A stretch of 63,185 bases of DNA, the filler included, from Aduncisulcus paluster (lineage: Eukaryota), in the NCBI GenBank assembly GCA_024181965.1. It is 5 parts of 5 records of this genome, joined end to end, with 100 filler letters (N's around TTAATTAATTAA, not from the genome) between each part and the next. Parts side by side here need not be neighbours in the genome. Positions count along the whole stretch, not along the records: positions 33,892 to 48,341 come from BQXS01012485.1; positions 48,442 to 60,607 come from BQXS01012487.1; 3 more parts are not named here. One strand, 5' to 3'. The notes beneath the pieces are model-generated. The model made no database searches. It saw nothing but the letters and a program-made list of their open reading frames with translations, and was not told the origin of the DNA. A program made the position numbers and the translations under genes. Positions 47,733 through 59,707 of the stretch are shown here, in pieces. Numbering within the stretch: the first letter of the stretch is position 1; every line of letters starts with the position of its first letter.

Positions 47733-48441
47733 TTGAATAGAGATAGAATATCTAATCTAAAAAATAAAAACAAGCAGAAAAATGAATGAATCCAATTAAA
47801 ATATTTCTTAATATCCATCTAATAAAAGACGCAACATATAGTAAACATACAATTTGCTTGTTTGTCAAGAAATCGAAAAAATGGACTGAACAAGCAACCC
47901 TTCAATAGATAAGATTGGAAATTTAAAAAAACACGTATAAACGAGTTAAATGCTGACAAATGATAAAAACATGTTTTATTTTCATTTCCATGCTTTATGG
48001 TGTTTATTCTCGATATCTCAGGCTTTTGGAGACCCCTCAGGACTGGATATTGTTCTATTTCACGTGTTAAGAACATTTACGAACGATTTCAATGCTATTC
48101 AATAACATGGATATATTTCCATTTCATTTCTATCCTTATCCTTGCCTTTCTGTTCATTTTCACTTGGTTTTGCTTACAATCAAAAATATCAAGAACTCGG
48201 AATACGATGGTATACATGTGTATGTATACTTCTACGAATCTAATCCCCTGATGCTTCATGGAACATGACATTTCTTCCTCCCCAACTCCAACTCCAACTC
48301 CAATGCCAGATCCTGATCATCCAATACTGAGCTTTGCGCTANNNNNNNNNNNNNNNNNNNNNNNNNNNNNNNNNNNNNNNNNNNNTTAATTAATTAANNN
48401 NNNNNNNNNNNNNNNNNNNNNNNNNNNNNNNNNNNNNNNNN

Positions 48442-50172
48442 GCTCTCGAAATATGGGAAAAAGGCTGGAATGACACAAAATTCGTTTAAATACTTAACCC
48501 ACATAAACCCAAATGAAGAGAACGAGAAATACGGCGAATCGATAATATGAAATAATGACAAACGATCGGAACCATCTACGATTTCGTATAATCCACAAAA
48601 CTCCTCGAACAATCTATTTTTAAGATCGGTGTACATCAAACCCGAACAACCAAGTCGTTTGGTCTGATCTTGAGGATTATCGAACTGAGAAAGACGAACT
48701 TTAAACATTGACATGTAACATAGGTAAAAACTCTTCCCAATCGCCTCAATGACGCTCACCAGAGTCTGGTAGCGCTCCCTCAGTGCTGAAGCACTCATCC
48801 AAGGCCCAGGAGATTGAGAGTACCCTGTGTATAAGATTGTGTGATTGCAAGTCGATAAGAGATACATGGTGGACAAGGGGATAGCTTTAGGGTGCAATAT
48901 CATGAAAATTGGGAGAGAGGGCCCGTCTTTACCAGGAATAGGCATCGGTCGGCGTAGTATTTCAGGATATGGATACTCTTCTTCTTCTTCTTCTTTTTCA
49001 CTCGGAGTCTCCTTCTCGTTGAGTTCATCATAGGCCTCCCAATATGAATTAATGTCTTCCACGTTGGTGCAATTCATATAGGCAAGAAGAGGCTTTCTTG
49101 GGAAGCAACATTGGCAGATTGACCGACAATGGACATTGGAAAACAACTCACAAATGTTGGGGTCACCATTCATGTTGAATTTGTCATGCTTGTAATAGAT
49201 AACATCATATTCTTGCTCTATCTTCTTGGTATTCGCATAAAATATGGGATAACGCGGCTTAAGAGTACTTCGAGGTAGGTAACTGAACCCATATCCACTC
49301 CTGTGTCCATCGATATATTGCTTTGGGATTGACACAAAGGGAATTCGGAATAAATGATGAAAAATTGCAATATTTAACTCATCGTTCTTCCTGATTTTGG
49401 AGGCTTTCTGGGGAATTGCTTCTTCGATCATACCCATGGACTCTTTAAACTGAGAATAGTTTTCCATGATTGGGGATAAGGATTTTAACGTGGACACATA
49501 CGGATAAAAAACAGTTTTGGCGAACACTGAAGGCGGTGGGGTCGAAAAAACGGGCTTTTCTCCAGATTCCGTGAATTCGTGCAAAAATGGCGTTTTGTGG
49601 AATTCTTCAGTTAGAAAGTCAGCCAATGAAACACTTCTTTGACGTAAAACATGCCCGTCATCGTTGGTAATGACAGTTTGCGCGAGTAACTCATCCATTC
49701 CATCAATTTCGATTCTAAGATCAAGAGAAGCATTAAATTTAGCATCATAATCATAAATAGTAACTTGAACTCCCCGAGAAAATCTCAATTCAGCCCAAAA
49801 ACCACTCTTTGTGTCAGCTTCACTAATATCTTTGTTTATCGTTTTAAATCGATCCCAAGACTTTGTAAACTTACCAGAATCCCAGTTTTTTTCACTGAAA
49901 GAGACAATTAATGTCTGATAAATGTGATAAATAGCACTTTTAGAGAGTGTAAGCAAAAAATTAGCTCTTTCATTTGATTTAGGATAGTCTTCACCTCCCG
50001 CAATAATAACAGATGTTGGATTAATAGGTTCATGAACTCCATTATAGGAAGTAAAGGCCAACATAAACAATTGGGTACCGATCACTGGAGATGTTACTGT
50101 GTTACGTTGCAATTTCTCCTTTTCACCAGGTGAAGATAAATTTACAACAATATTTGGAATTTTTTCTTCCAT
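48442..50172 (-). CDS. Hypothetical protein, 3'-truncated by gap
   Basis: About 577 open codons from MEEKIPN; no recognised motif. Confidence 0.7.
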
Positions 50173-50540
50173 TACATTTTCCCGGCTCGAGAAAGAATAC
50201 AACTATACCAATTTCGGCTTGACCGTCAAGTCAACCGTGAGGAACACCTCACTATTTATCGTATAAAAATCAAACTTTACTTTGGAAAAAAATAAGAATC
50301 GGAACAACTCCTACATTCTTCATTATGCAGTGGGTTTTATGCCATATTCAAGGTCTTGAATCAAGGCACGCACGAGTTACGTCAATATCCCAGTTTTTCA
50401 AATTAAATCAGTTAAGCTACCAAAGATTTCTCTTTTTATCTTTTGCTCATTTTTATTGAACTCAATTAACGTTTCCGTAACTGGGAATTGATTTGATTTT
50501 TGATATCAAAATTAATGATTTTCTTGGTGTTCAACTTAAG

Positions 50541-51094
50541 ATGAGTCTCTGGAACAGAGGTGGTTTTCAATGGTATGTTAATATCTTTTTAGTTTTGTAT
50601 TTATTTGTTCTCGTAGTCGTTTCTTTTTATTAAGTAATGGCTATTTTCCCATTATCCCGATAATTAACTTATTTTATGAATATTTTAGGGAAGAAAAGAA
50701 TTTAACGAGCTGGACTAAAAAATTTTTAGAGGAAAGCTTCAAAAGTTATGAGATAAAAGAAGAAGAAATTGAACTTGCTGTCACTGAAGTTGTTGTGGAT
50801 GGGTTTTCCATTCAGAACATGAGAAAAGGCAAGAAAATATGCGCATGGGATATGAAAGTCACTTTGACCTTGAAAGGAAAGGCTCACGATGAGGATATTG
50901 AAGCTACTTTCAAGTTTACTGATGTTTCTGAAGGTGTTGAAGACGCTGACGATTATGAATTTACCATTGACGTGAAAAAACCTGCACCTGGAACCGAGGT
51001 AAATAAGGCAACGAGAGAAATACTCAAGAAAACTGGCAAAACCGTTTTCATTGGTAAGATGCTTGAGTGGTACAAGGCTTATCGGGCCAAATAG
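50541..51094 (+). CDS. Activator of Hsp90 ATPase N-terminal-domain protein (Aha1-N/Hch1-like); exons 50541-50572 and 50689-51094
   Basis: Spliced product MSLWNRGGFQWEEKNLTSW...VDG...NMRKGKKICAWDM, with the Aha1 W.EKN and RKGK motifs. Confidence 0.88.
50573..50688 (+). other. Spliceosomal intron, 116 nt
   Basis: TG|GTATGT...TATTTTAG|G; splits the conserved Trp codon. Confidence 0.9.
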
Positions 51095-51261
51095 GATCAT
51101 AAACTATAGCATATAAGTTTAAAAAGAATTCGTCATATTCAATTTTAAATTGGAAACGGAATTTCATTGTCCTAATCATGACAGAAATATAATAAAATAT
51201 TGGAATCGATATTATCGGAATATTGAGTCGCTTATCGATCTATGTCGAGTCTAACCACTGT

Positions 51262-54200
51262 CTAATCCCAAATTTTTTCCATTTCATCAAGAAGATTCGT
51301 TTCACTTATCATAATATATTTTTCCCGCAGACGTCTTCCAAGATCACACAAATTACAATGTTCAATAAATTTGCGATAACGTGAAGCCACCATTTGGACG
51401 CTTTTCCGGCAAAGTTGACCTCTAATATCTGAGTCTGGGAATGATAATTCATTGATTTTGGCACGAGCACTTGAAAATTCCCTTCTAAATCCGCGTAATG
51501 CGGCCTTTATAACCTTTTTAAACGCCATTTCTTTTGAGTTTAGAGATTTTGTGATTACTTGCGGCTGTTCTTCTCCTTCTCGCTCGCGGATGGGCATTCC
51601 TATCATGGAGAATCGACTTGTAGAGGTTTGAGAGATTGCACTGAACTCACTCATATCGTCACTGTGCTCTTCAAGGCTATCAGCAACAGAATGGGAGTCG
51701 TGGCCGCCAGAAATATCGCTTCTGGTATCGGCCAACGATAATCGCCGAGAACCGGTGGTCGATGTGGTTTGTTCAGAAATGTGAATCATCATCGGAGGTG
51801 TAGTTAATGGCATGTAATCACGACTTAAAGACTCAAAGGAATCTTCTTGATCTTCGGTTGTGAGTCCTGCCTTGATTGCTGTTGATCTGAGTGAGGCCTC
51901 GTCAAGAACACGAATGCATCGTTTCCACAGTGAGTCCAGGAGTTTAGGAATGACATATTCCTCCATACAACAGCGTATCATCAAGATAGCCTCTGGTTGT
52001 GTGACCTTATTCAGCGGTGGTGATCTCAATTGTTGTCTCACAAATTGAGCATTGTTGACAATGAGCGTGAATGATCGTGAGGTGTTGCTGAGGGAGTGAA
52101 CCATTGAGAACAGGAAATACAAGAAATATTCCACCCATTGAGTCACAAATATGGGCAAAGATGATCTGACAGCAATGCAAGATCCACCCAACACAGAGCC
52201 TCGCCTGGATCTGGAGGAAGAGGGGCCGCCAATGGATGATCTGGATGTGAGTGTTGAGGAAGAAGAGGTAGAAGAGGAACGGGTATGTCTTTGTTGTTGG
52301 GAAGTCAAGGTAGATTCAGCAGAATCCTCAACCATTTTCTTGGCACTGAGAGCTTTCTGAACGATGGTCTGAATGATGGGCTCAGTTGCAACGATAGCGG
52401 CAGACGTGAATGGGAAATATTTCCCTGGATTGAATATGTATTCGGTCAACCCAAGTGATCTGAACTCGGGTTCGAATACCACAAGAGCCTGGACAAGTTT
52501 GGCGGACTCGAGGGAGAACTCCATCACTGTTCCATCAGTGGGAATCGAATACTTAGAGCTTGACATGGAACGAATTCGTTTCCTCTTAAACAAACCTCTT
52601 GGCTGTTTCACAGAACCATCGGTGACAGACACACCTCCTTTATCTTTGTCAGGCTTGCCTTCTTTGAGTGTAGAAATCTCATCCTTACCTTTGACACTCT
52701 CCTTATCGCCTTTCTGGAAACTTAGCACGCATTTCAATCCGAAATCTCTAACATACTCCTGGACATTTAGCTTAAGGGTCTTCTGGATAAACTGACTAAA
52801 GGAAACCACAAGATGATGTGAAGTGAAGGGACCATGAGGGGGGATAAACGTGGATAGAACGGAAGATACTGATAAAAGACCTCCTGGGAGAGGTGGAACA
52901 TTGCTTAATGATTGACTACTTCCTTGATCTGGAGGATTCTTTTCACCTTCATCCCCTTCTTCTTCTTCTGCTTTCGTGGCTGCAGTTTCTTCTTCACGTC
53001 CACTAATATCTTGTTTCTTAAATCGATCAGTTTTCAGAAATATTCCAAGTTTCATCTCTTGCCGTTCCTTTTCTGTTACCAATGGCACCTCTAACATTGT
53101 CCTCGCAAGGCTATATTCCTTTGCCAGGAGTTTTTTGATCAGTCCCTCAACATTGGAAGCTCTGTGGAGTACTTGAAGCGAGTGAGTGAGATGGGAACGG
53201 GACTTGGAGTGGATATGTGAGCTTATCCTGGAAATAGTTGAGAAGACAATGGGAATGATCTCTTGGCACAAAGAAGTGAAGGAAGAATAGATGGGATCAC
53301 ATGATATGGGTACACCGAATACTGTACGCCATAATAAGGCCTCTTGATTGAATAGATAATAAATGTAATCTAAAAATAGAGATCCAGTGTAAACATGCGT
53401 AGCTTTAACAGTGACAGGTTTCACAGTATCACGAGTCACACGTATTTTGTCCGAATACCTTGGATTGACACCGCTAGTGACAGTGAGACTTGAGCGACTC
53501 TTGGGAACAATTGCCATTTCAAAGGTATCTCCAACGACACAGTCACGGGCAGGAACGCTAAATATAGGAATTGAGATACATCCGTTATGATTGTTATTCT
53601 TCCGTACTTCTTGTTGAAGGGCCTTAAGAACGAGCTCGGCAGATGCCAGTTGGTCTTTTAATGACGTAGATAAATCTCCATCAGTATTATTGAGTTTGAA
53701 TGCAATCTTGGCGGAAGATGGTATCTTGTCAACATCCGAACCACTACTCTTACTTTCAGCACTGGATATCCGGACATTCCCCTTTGAGTGTCCACTGTTA
53801 TCCATCACCACTTTCCCACGCTTATATATGTCAACACACTTCCACTCCTTGAGGGAGAGTGAAAGCGATTGTAGAACATGATCAAGTGTAGAGTGGATCG
53901 TATATCTGGAGTGACGGTGCATAGACTGTCCATGAAGAAAAGAACCTTCAACACCAGGACGCCTAATATGGCCAGATGGAGAGAAATGCCTTGTTCGAGG
54001 TGAGTGTGGCATATGTTTGTGCTGTAGAATATCAGATATAATTGCGGTATTTTTTCCACTTTGAGGACCAGATAACGGTGACAATGACCTCATTCGGGAG
54101 GAGGGGGAAGCATCACCCAACTGTACCTTCTCCTTTCTCTTCTCATCCTGCAAAGATCCTGCTTTAATAGTCAACGATGCACCATGATCGCTTGTGGTAG

Positions 54201-55149
54201 GTACGGTTTTCTCAGGATTAGTGGCTTGTGTTGAAATTGTGGCTGAGGTTTGTTGATCTCCAGCGACAGATTGAGATTTATCAAGTTTTCTTGAACATAC
54301 ACATCGATCAAGAATAGAAATTGGAATGGAGCTAAGCCAAGAGATGAGAAGATTGGAACGAATAGAACCAAATAAAGCCGCCACACTCTCTTTCTCCCAC
54401 TCACAGAGGCCTCTGCATAACCACTGGATATTATATAGCATTGAAGACGGTACAAATGGATGAGATGGTCGCGGAGAAGAGGGAAGAGAGGAGGAAGAAC
54501 GTGGAGAAGAGGAACGTGGGGGGGAAGAGGCCGGTTGTGGGGAAGATGGTCGCTTCTCCTTGGAAGCACTACAACTGTAGTCTCCTCGATGTTCAGCCAT
54601 AGGAAATGATTCTACATGAGAAAGAACAAAATTGGCAACATAACTATCAAATGTCAGGTTAGATGAGTGAATAACAGGTTCCTTAATCAGAATATTAGCA
54701 AGACATTCAACGCAAGAGCATATTCCACGATTGAAGATTCTGATAAGATTTGATTTTGAATTTTTAAAGGATTGGATTTTTTGGTACGAAAAATTATCAC
54801 TGGCGTGTGTCAATAATCCAGAAAAGAAGATTTGGGATTCTTTGACTTTTCTTAAGATGTCAAAGAAATTATCAACCTCTAACGGATTAGAATCAACAAT
54901 TAATGCTGCTTGTCTTTCAAATTCTCGATATTCTTCAATTTTTTTCTTTAATTTCTGCTCTTTTTCAGCTTCTTTCCAGACAGATACAGCGTCTGATATT
55001 TCCCTCTTCATGGAATCAAGATCGAATTCAGTTGCAATAGAACTTATTCCATTTAAAATTTCTATTATTTCATCAGCAGTGGCCTGTTGTTGGAGGAGTT
55101 CATTTTCAAGCATCGCTATTCTGGCTTCAGTGGCATCTAATTCAGACAT
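51262..55149 (-). CDS. EXO70: Exocyst subunit Exo70-like, expanded by Ser-rich insertions
   Basis: N-terminal coiled coil; PTDGTVME (Exo70 P.DGTVHE); IVNNAQFV; C-terminal IK....GF...F......SFPD...R..L......V...Y..F......EKYI.......I.D. Confidence 0.75.
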   Translation of the reverse strand: MSELDATEARIAMLENELLQQQATADEIIEILNGISSIATEFDLDSMKREISDAVSVWKEAEKEQKLKKKIEEYREFERQAALIVDSNPLEVDNFFDILRKVKESQIFFSGLLTHASDNFSYQKIQSFKNSKSNLIRIFNRGICSCVECLANILIKEPVIHSSNLTFDSYVANFVLSHVESFPMAEHRGDYSCSASKEKRPSSPQPASSPPRSSSPRSSSSLPSSPRPSHPFVPSSMLYNIQWLCRGLCEWEKESVAALFGSIRSNLLISWLSSIPISILDRCVCSRKLDKSQSVAGDQQTSATISTQATNPEKTVPTTSDHGASLTIKAGSLQDEKRKEKVQLGDASPSSRMRSLSPLSGPQSGKNTAIISDILQHKHMPHSPRTRHFSPSGHIRRPGVEGSFLHGQSMHRHSRYTIHSTLDHVLQSLSLSLKEWKCVDIYKRGKVVMDNSGHSKGNVRISSAESKSSGSDVDKIPSSAKIAFKLNNTDGDLSTSLKDQLASAELVLKALQQEVRKNNNHNGCISIPIFSVPARDCVVGDTFEMAIVPKSRSSLTVTSGVNPRYSDKIRVTRDTVKPVTVKATHVYTGSLFLDYIYYLFNQEALLWRTVFGVPISCDPIYSSFTSLCQEIIPIVFSTISRISSHIHSKSRSHLTHSLQVLHRASNVEGLIKKLLAKEYSLARTMLEVPLVTEKERQEMKLGIFLKTDRFKKQDISGREEETAATKAEEEEGDEGEKNPPDQGSSQSLSNVPPLPGGLLSVSSVLSTFIPPHGPFTSHHLVVSFSQFIQKTLKLNVQEYVRDFGLKCVLSFQKGDKESVKGKDEISTLKEGKPDKDKGGVSVTDGSVKQPRGLFKRKRIRSMSSSKYSIPTDGTVMEFSLESAKLVQALVVFEPEFRSLGLTEYIFNPGKYFPFTSAAIVATEPIIQTIVQKALSAKKMVEDSAESTLTSQQQRHTRSSSTSSSSTLTSRSSIGGPSSSRSRRGSVLGGSCIAVRSSLPIFVTQWVEYFLYFLFSMVHSLSNTSRSFTLIVNNAQFVRQQLRSPPLNKVTQPEAILMIRCCMEEYVIPKLLDSLWKRCIRVLDEASLRSTAIKAGLTTEDQEDSFESLSRDYMPLTTPPMMIHISEQTTSTTGSRRLSLADTRSDISGGHDSHSVADSLEEHSDDMSEFSAISQTSTSRFSMIGMPIREREGEEQPQVITKSLNSKEMAFKKVIKAALRGFRREFSSARAKINELSFPDSDIRGQLCRKSVQMVASRYRKFIEHCNLCDLGRRLREKYIMISETNLLDEMEKIWD

Positions 55150-55523
55150 TTATAATAATATTGATATATTATAACAAAGAGCTGTGTTTATAAAAATATT
55201 AATTCGAGAAAAGACTATGTATCACTCATTTTGTCAATCTGACGTACAAAATTTATTTTATTCTATTATTTACACCCTGAATTGAATTTTACTCGGTTTC
55301 AGTAATTTCATTCTTTTTGACTTGCTTAAATTTACTTCAAAATACACAAAATAAAAAATGAGCAAATTCACGGCGCGGCAATTGGAAATAAAATTGTTTT
55401 GACAAACTATTTTAAATTAATAGTCCATAATATTTATCAATTGTTGCAAAGATTATAAATATTCTTCTTTTCTGAAAGTGTAGAAAACTAGTCTTTATTT
55501 CTTGACATTCATTAAAGACAGCA

Positions 55524-56918
55524 ATGTTTAGCAAATTATTTGGTGCTCCAGGTACAATTCAAATTGAATTTGCCATGGCAGATAAAAGAAAGAAAATGAA
55601 TGACCTCGTCTGTTTCAGTGCCCATGAAGATGTCGTGGGTCATGCTATTTTGTTACCTAATAATGGAAAACAGTTTGATCATAATGGTGTTAAAGTAGAA
55701 TTGTGCGGTGTTATTGAATCTTTGGTGGATAGCAAACTTAACACTCGCTTTTGTCATGCTGAAGAGAAATTGAGAGGTCCTTCTGTTCTTACATCTCGTG
55801 GAGATAAAGTAGAATTCAGATTTCGCGGAGTTCCCCGTGAATACGATTCATACCATGGGAAAAATGTTGTCTGCAAGTACTTCATCCGTGTCACTGTTCA
55901 ACGTGGACGTTCCCATTTTTCAGAGGAAAGACAATTCTTCTCAATGCAAAACCGTGCTCAAAGCCCCCCTGTTGGTCGTCCTGTTAAGATGGAAGTTGGA
56001 GTTGAGCAAGTTTTGAATATTGAATTTGAATTCAACAAAAACATTTATGGAATGTCGGATGTTATCCTTGCAAAGGTATATTTCATGGCAATTTATCAGA
56101 AACTGTCTCGAATGGAGGTTGAGATTGTCCGAAATGAGGTTTGTGGTGAGGGTGTGATGACGCATACTCATGATGATGTACTGGCTTCTTTTGAGGTTAT
56201 GGACGGAGAACCTGTTCGTGGAGAAACTATTCCTGTCCGTGTGTATCTGAAAGGAATTCCCCTGACACCAACATACACCCGTATAGCCGGTATTTTCTCC
56301 GTTGGATACCGTCTCAACCTCACCATCTATGATACTGATGGAAACAAATTCTTTAAGGCGCATCCTATTCGTGTATATAGAGATGAGCATAGCCTTATCA
56401 AAGAAGTTGCTGTGCCAGAGTTCACAGATGAGCACCCTGGGTATGGACCCGCTTCATCCTATCGTCAAGCTCAAGCTGTTCTCCCTCCCCAACATGGTTA
56501 CAGATATACTGGAAACCCTCACGAACAGCAGCGTCCTGCTCCTCAACCTCAGTATCAGCCCCAACCTCAAGCTCCTTCCCGTGAACCCCAAGGATACGGT
56601 CAGCCTCCAGCTCCTTCCCGTGAACCCCAAGGATATGGTCAGCCTCCAGCTCCTTCACATCAAGCCCCTGTTGAACGTGGTGGCTATGGTGATGGTTACG
56701 ACGATGGATACGGTCAAGCCCCTGCCAAAGCTTCTCAAGGGTATGGTCCCGATGGTTATGGTGCTCCTTCTGGGACACCCTCTCAACCTCAAGGATATGG
56801 AGAGAGTTCTCCACAGGGATATGGAAAAGCTTCCCCGCAAGGATACGGTGAGCAGGCACCTTCATTCGCTGCTGACCAAAGTTATGGTGCTGAAGGAGGA
56901 TATGATGATTACTACTAA
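55524..56918 (+). CDS. VPS26: Retromer subunit Vps26 with a ~170-aa PQGYG-rich tail
   Basis: H.GVKVEL.G.IE; YDSYHGKNVVCKYFIRVTV; VKMEVGVE..LNIEFEFNK; FEVMDGEPVRGETIPVR. Confidence 0.95.
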   Translation: MFSKLFGAPGTIQIEFAMADKRKKMNDLVCFSAHEDVVGHAILLPNNGKQFDHNGVKVELCGVIESLVDSKLNTRFCHAEEKLRGPSVLTSRGDKVEFRFRGVPREYDSYHGKNVVCKYFIRVTVQRGRSHFSEERQFFSMQNRAQSPPVGRPVKMEVGVEQVLNIEFEFNKNIYGMSDVILAKVYFMAIYQKLSRMEVEIVRNEVCGEGVMTHTHDDVLASFEVMDGEPVRGETIPVRVYLKGIPLTPTYTRIAGIFSVGYRLNLTIYDTDGNKFFKAHPIRVYRDEHSLIKEVAVPEFTDEHPGYGPASSYRQAQAVLPPQHGYRYTGNPHEQQRPAPQPQYQPQPQAPSREPQGYGQPPAPSREPQGYGQPPAPSHQAPVERGGYGDGYDDGYGQAPAKASQGYGPDGYGAPSGTPSQPQGYGESSPQGYGKASPQGYGEQAPSFAADQSYGAEGGYDDYY

Positions 56919-57292
56919 TTTCTTTTGGATAATACATGTGATTCATTCTTTTCAGGGCTTTATTAATGTTCTAATCCACCTGGAAGGTAGTCTCTTTCTC
57001 AGAAAGAGCGAAAAATAATATTGTATGGTGTACTGGTAAATGATCACAAATAAACCAGTCAGGAACGCACCAACTCATGGAAGATGTGTCAAGAGCACAA
57101 GCAGTAAAATATATATAGACATGAAATTTAGCTTTATTTTACAGAAATAAAGATACCGATGACTCATTCAACGATTTTGGATCGCGATTCAACAAATCGT
57201 GTTTTTCCTTGCAACTGCGGGAGGTTACTGGTGTTTATTGTCTTTTTTTATTTCAATTAAATTTCGATATTTGCGTGATATTATTGTTTATG

Positions 57293-57871
57293 ATGAGAAT
57301 TATTGGCAAATGTATTCTGGATATTGGAACTGATTGGGAATCTGTCGAAGTGGTTTTGGATGGCCCCTACCCTACTGGCCATCCAGATCTATCTGAAATT
57401 GATGGATCCAAAGCATATGGGGATTATTGTTTTGTTCATAATCATTCTGATTTGTTACGATTCTTAAGAGGTGAAGTATACATCAATTTCAATCCCAACT
57501 TACATCTCCCATTTCTTACACCGCATTATCTCAGTAAGTTTGTTGTAAGTCATCATAGTTTTCCTGATGGAATCAAAGATTTCAATGCCACATTCACAAC
57601 ATCAGATGGAAATAAGATAACAAAAGAATACCAAATGGGAGAGGTGCCTCCAAATCATCATTTCTGGCAAGAGTTCCCGATAGATATTGATAATGTTATT
57701 TCTTGTGATATTCATGTTATATCGTCATTGGATGGAAAACAAGAAGATATTTTTTTGGAAGGCATTCGGTTCGTGATTGACAAAGAACAAGAGAGAATTT
57801 TAGTCGCTAAAGAGCTTGTCAGAGTTGAACTTGCAACAATTGAACGATTATCGATGTTGCCATGGTTATAG
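57293..57871 (+). CDS. Beta-sandwich family paralogue A (MRIIGKC...ELATIERLSMLPWL)
   Basis: Close paralogue of 58263 and 59708; shared start MRIIGKC. Confidence 0.8.
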   Translation: MRIIGKCILDIGTDWESVEVVLDGPYPTGHPDLSEIDGSKAYGDYCFVHNHSDLLRFLRGEVYINFNPNLHLPFLTPHYLSKFVVSHHSFPDGIKDFNATFTTSDGNKITKEYQMGEVPPNHHFWQEFPIDIDNVISCDIHVISSLDGKQEDIFLEGIRFVIDKEQERILVAKELVRVELATIERLSMLPWL

Positions 57872-58262
57872 CTGATCCTTCATATCATCGTTACAACAAG
57901 GATTGAATACAACTTCTTTCCTGATAACAATCATATTGTATGAACCATCACCTCCTGTCATGTCTTGAGATATGATGGATACCATGTGTATATTGTCACT
58001 TTCATGTTTATATCGCTGTATTGTCAATAATGTCAACAATGTCTGAGTACGCCTTATTTGGAGAACAAATGTGTTTACAAAATAAATAATTTATTATCAT
58101 GTGTGTATATTAATAATGATAAGAAACATCGATTTTGGATATTATTGTTCTGTTCCAAGACAATTGTAAAAACGTGCTTTTCCTTGCAATTGGAAGGTTA
58201 TTGGTGTTTATTATTTTATTTAATTTGATATTGGATAAACTATAGTTGTGTTATTGTTTATG

Positions 58263-59147
58263 ATGAGAATTATTGGCAAATGTATTGTAGATATTGGAAC
58301 TTATTCGGATCCAGACAAACTGTATAAAGGCCCCTACCCTACTGGTCATCCAGATCTATCTGAAATTGATGGAGATGAGGCGTATGGAGATTATTGTTTT
58401 GATCATAATTATTCTGATTTGTTTCGATTCGTAAGAGGTGAATGGTACATCTCTTTCTATCCCAATTTACATCTCCCATTCATTACATCTCATTATCTCA
58501 GTAAGTTTGTTGTATCTCATCATAGTTTCCGAGATGGAATCAAAGATTTCAATGTTACATTCACAACATTTGATGGCAATAAGATTACAAAAGAATACCA
58601 AATGGGAGAGATGCATCCAGAGCATTTTTTCTGGCAAGAGTTCCCTATAGATCTTGATAATGTTATTTCTTGTGATATTCATGTTATATCGTCATGGGAT
58701 GGAAAGCAAGACAATATTTCTTTTTCTGGCATTCGATTCGTGATTGACAAAGAACAAGAAGCAAAGAAAGAAAAAGAACTCAAAGAGCTCAAAGAACTCA
58801 AACGCGCCGAAATGAAAGACTTAATGAGTGATTTTATCTCTTCCACTCAGCAGAGATTTGAAGAGCTTGAAAAGAAGTTATCTGATGAAAAGGAACAGAG
58901 ATTACACGATAAAGAAGAGTTTGAAATGATTAGAGCTTCTGATAAAGCTCAGTTTGAGAAAGAACTTCAATCCAAACAATCCCATGACGATGAAGAAAGA
59001 TGTACTCGTCATCTCTTGTCGAAACGAGCTGTTGTTGCCTCTCTCCAATCCATCCTTTCCCAGGTTGAACAAAGACCAGAGTCCGAACAATTCCACTTTT
59101 CTGTCGAGCTTGAGGCCGTGCACCGAATTGTTCCATCTCTGAAATAG
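58263..59147 (+). CDS. Beta-sandwich family paralogue B with C-terminal coiled coil
   Basis: Same N-terminal domain, then an E/K-rich coiled coil. Confidence 0.8.
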   Translation: MRIIGKCIVDIGTYSDPDKLYKGPYPTGHPDLSEIDGDEAYGDYCFDHNYSDLFRFVRGEWYISFYPNLHLPFITSHYLSKFVVSHHSFRDGIKDFNVTFTTFDGNKITKEYQMGEMHPEHFFWQEFPIDLDNVISCDIHVISSWDGKQDNISFSGIRFVIDKEQEAKKEKELKELKELKRAEMKDLMSDFISSTQQRFEELEKKLSDEKEQRLHDKEEFEMIRASDKAQFEKELQSKQSHDDEERCTRHLLSKRAVVASLQSILSQVEQRPESEQFHFSVELEAVHRIVPSLK

Positions 59148-59707
59148 TTTGTGTGAAATCGTGCTTCCTTGCCATGTTCCTTTTTGAGCATTGTAATATG
59201 TCGATATTTGTGGGACTTCATTGCTGCACTCATTTTATTGCCAGTATGAAATTTTTGGCTTCAACCTGAACTATCTACAAACTGCAGCGCTCTGTCAGAG
59301 TATAGAGTTGGACGGTCCAAAGTCTGTGTTTCGTATTGTGTCCGTTTTATTGTTTAATTTGCATTGTCCTCAGTCCTCGATTCAAAATACATGCGATTTC
59401 TTATCTGGTGTTGGTAAGCTTGCCTGTGGACTGTGTTCTTGAAGAACAATGGAAGTACCATTCTGTGTGGATAGAAAGAAAGAGAATAAAGAAAAAATAT
59501 AATTAATTATTTGATTCCTTGAACATTTTGTATTGTATTCCAAATGTTAAGAGACACCCCATTAAGTGAGAAGCATGCTCATTCAACGATTTTGGATGGC
59601 GATTCAACAAATCGTGTTTTTCCTTGCAACTGCGGGAGGTTACTGGTGTTTATTGTCTTTTTTTATTTCAATTAAATTTCGATATTTGCGTGATATTATT
59701 GTTTGTG

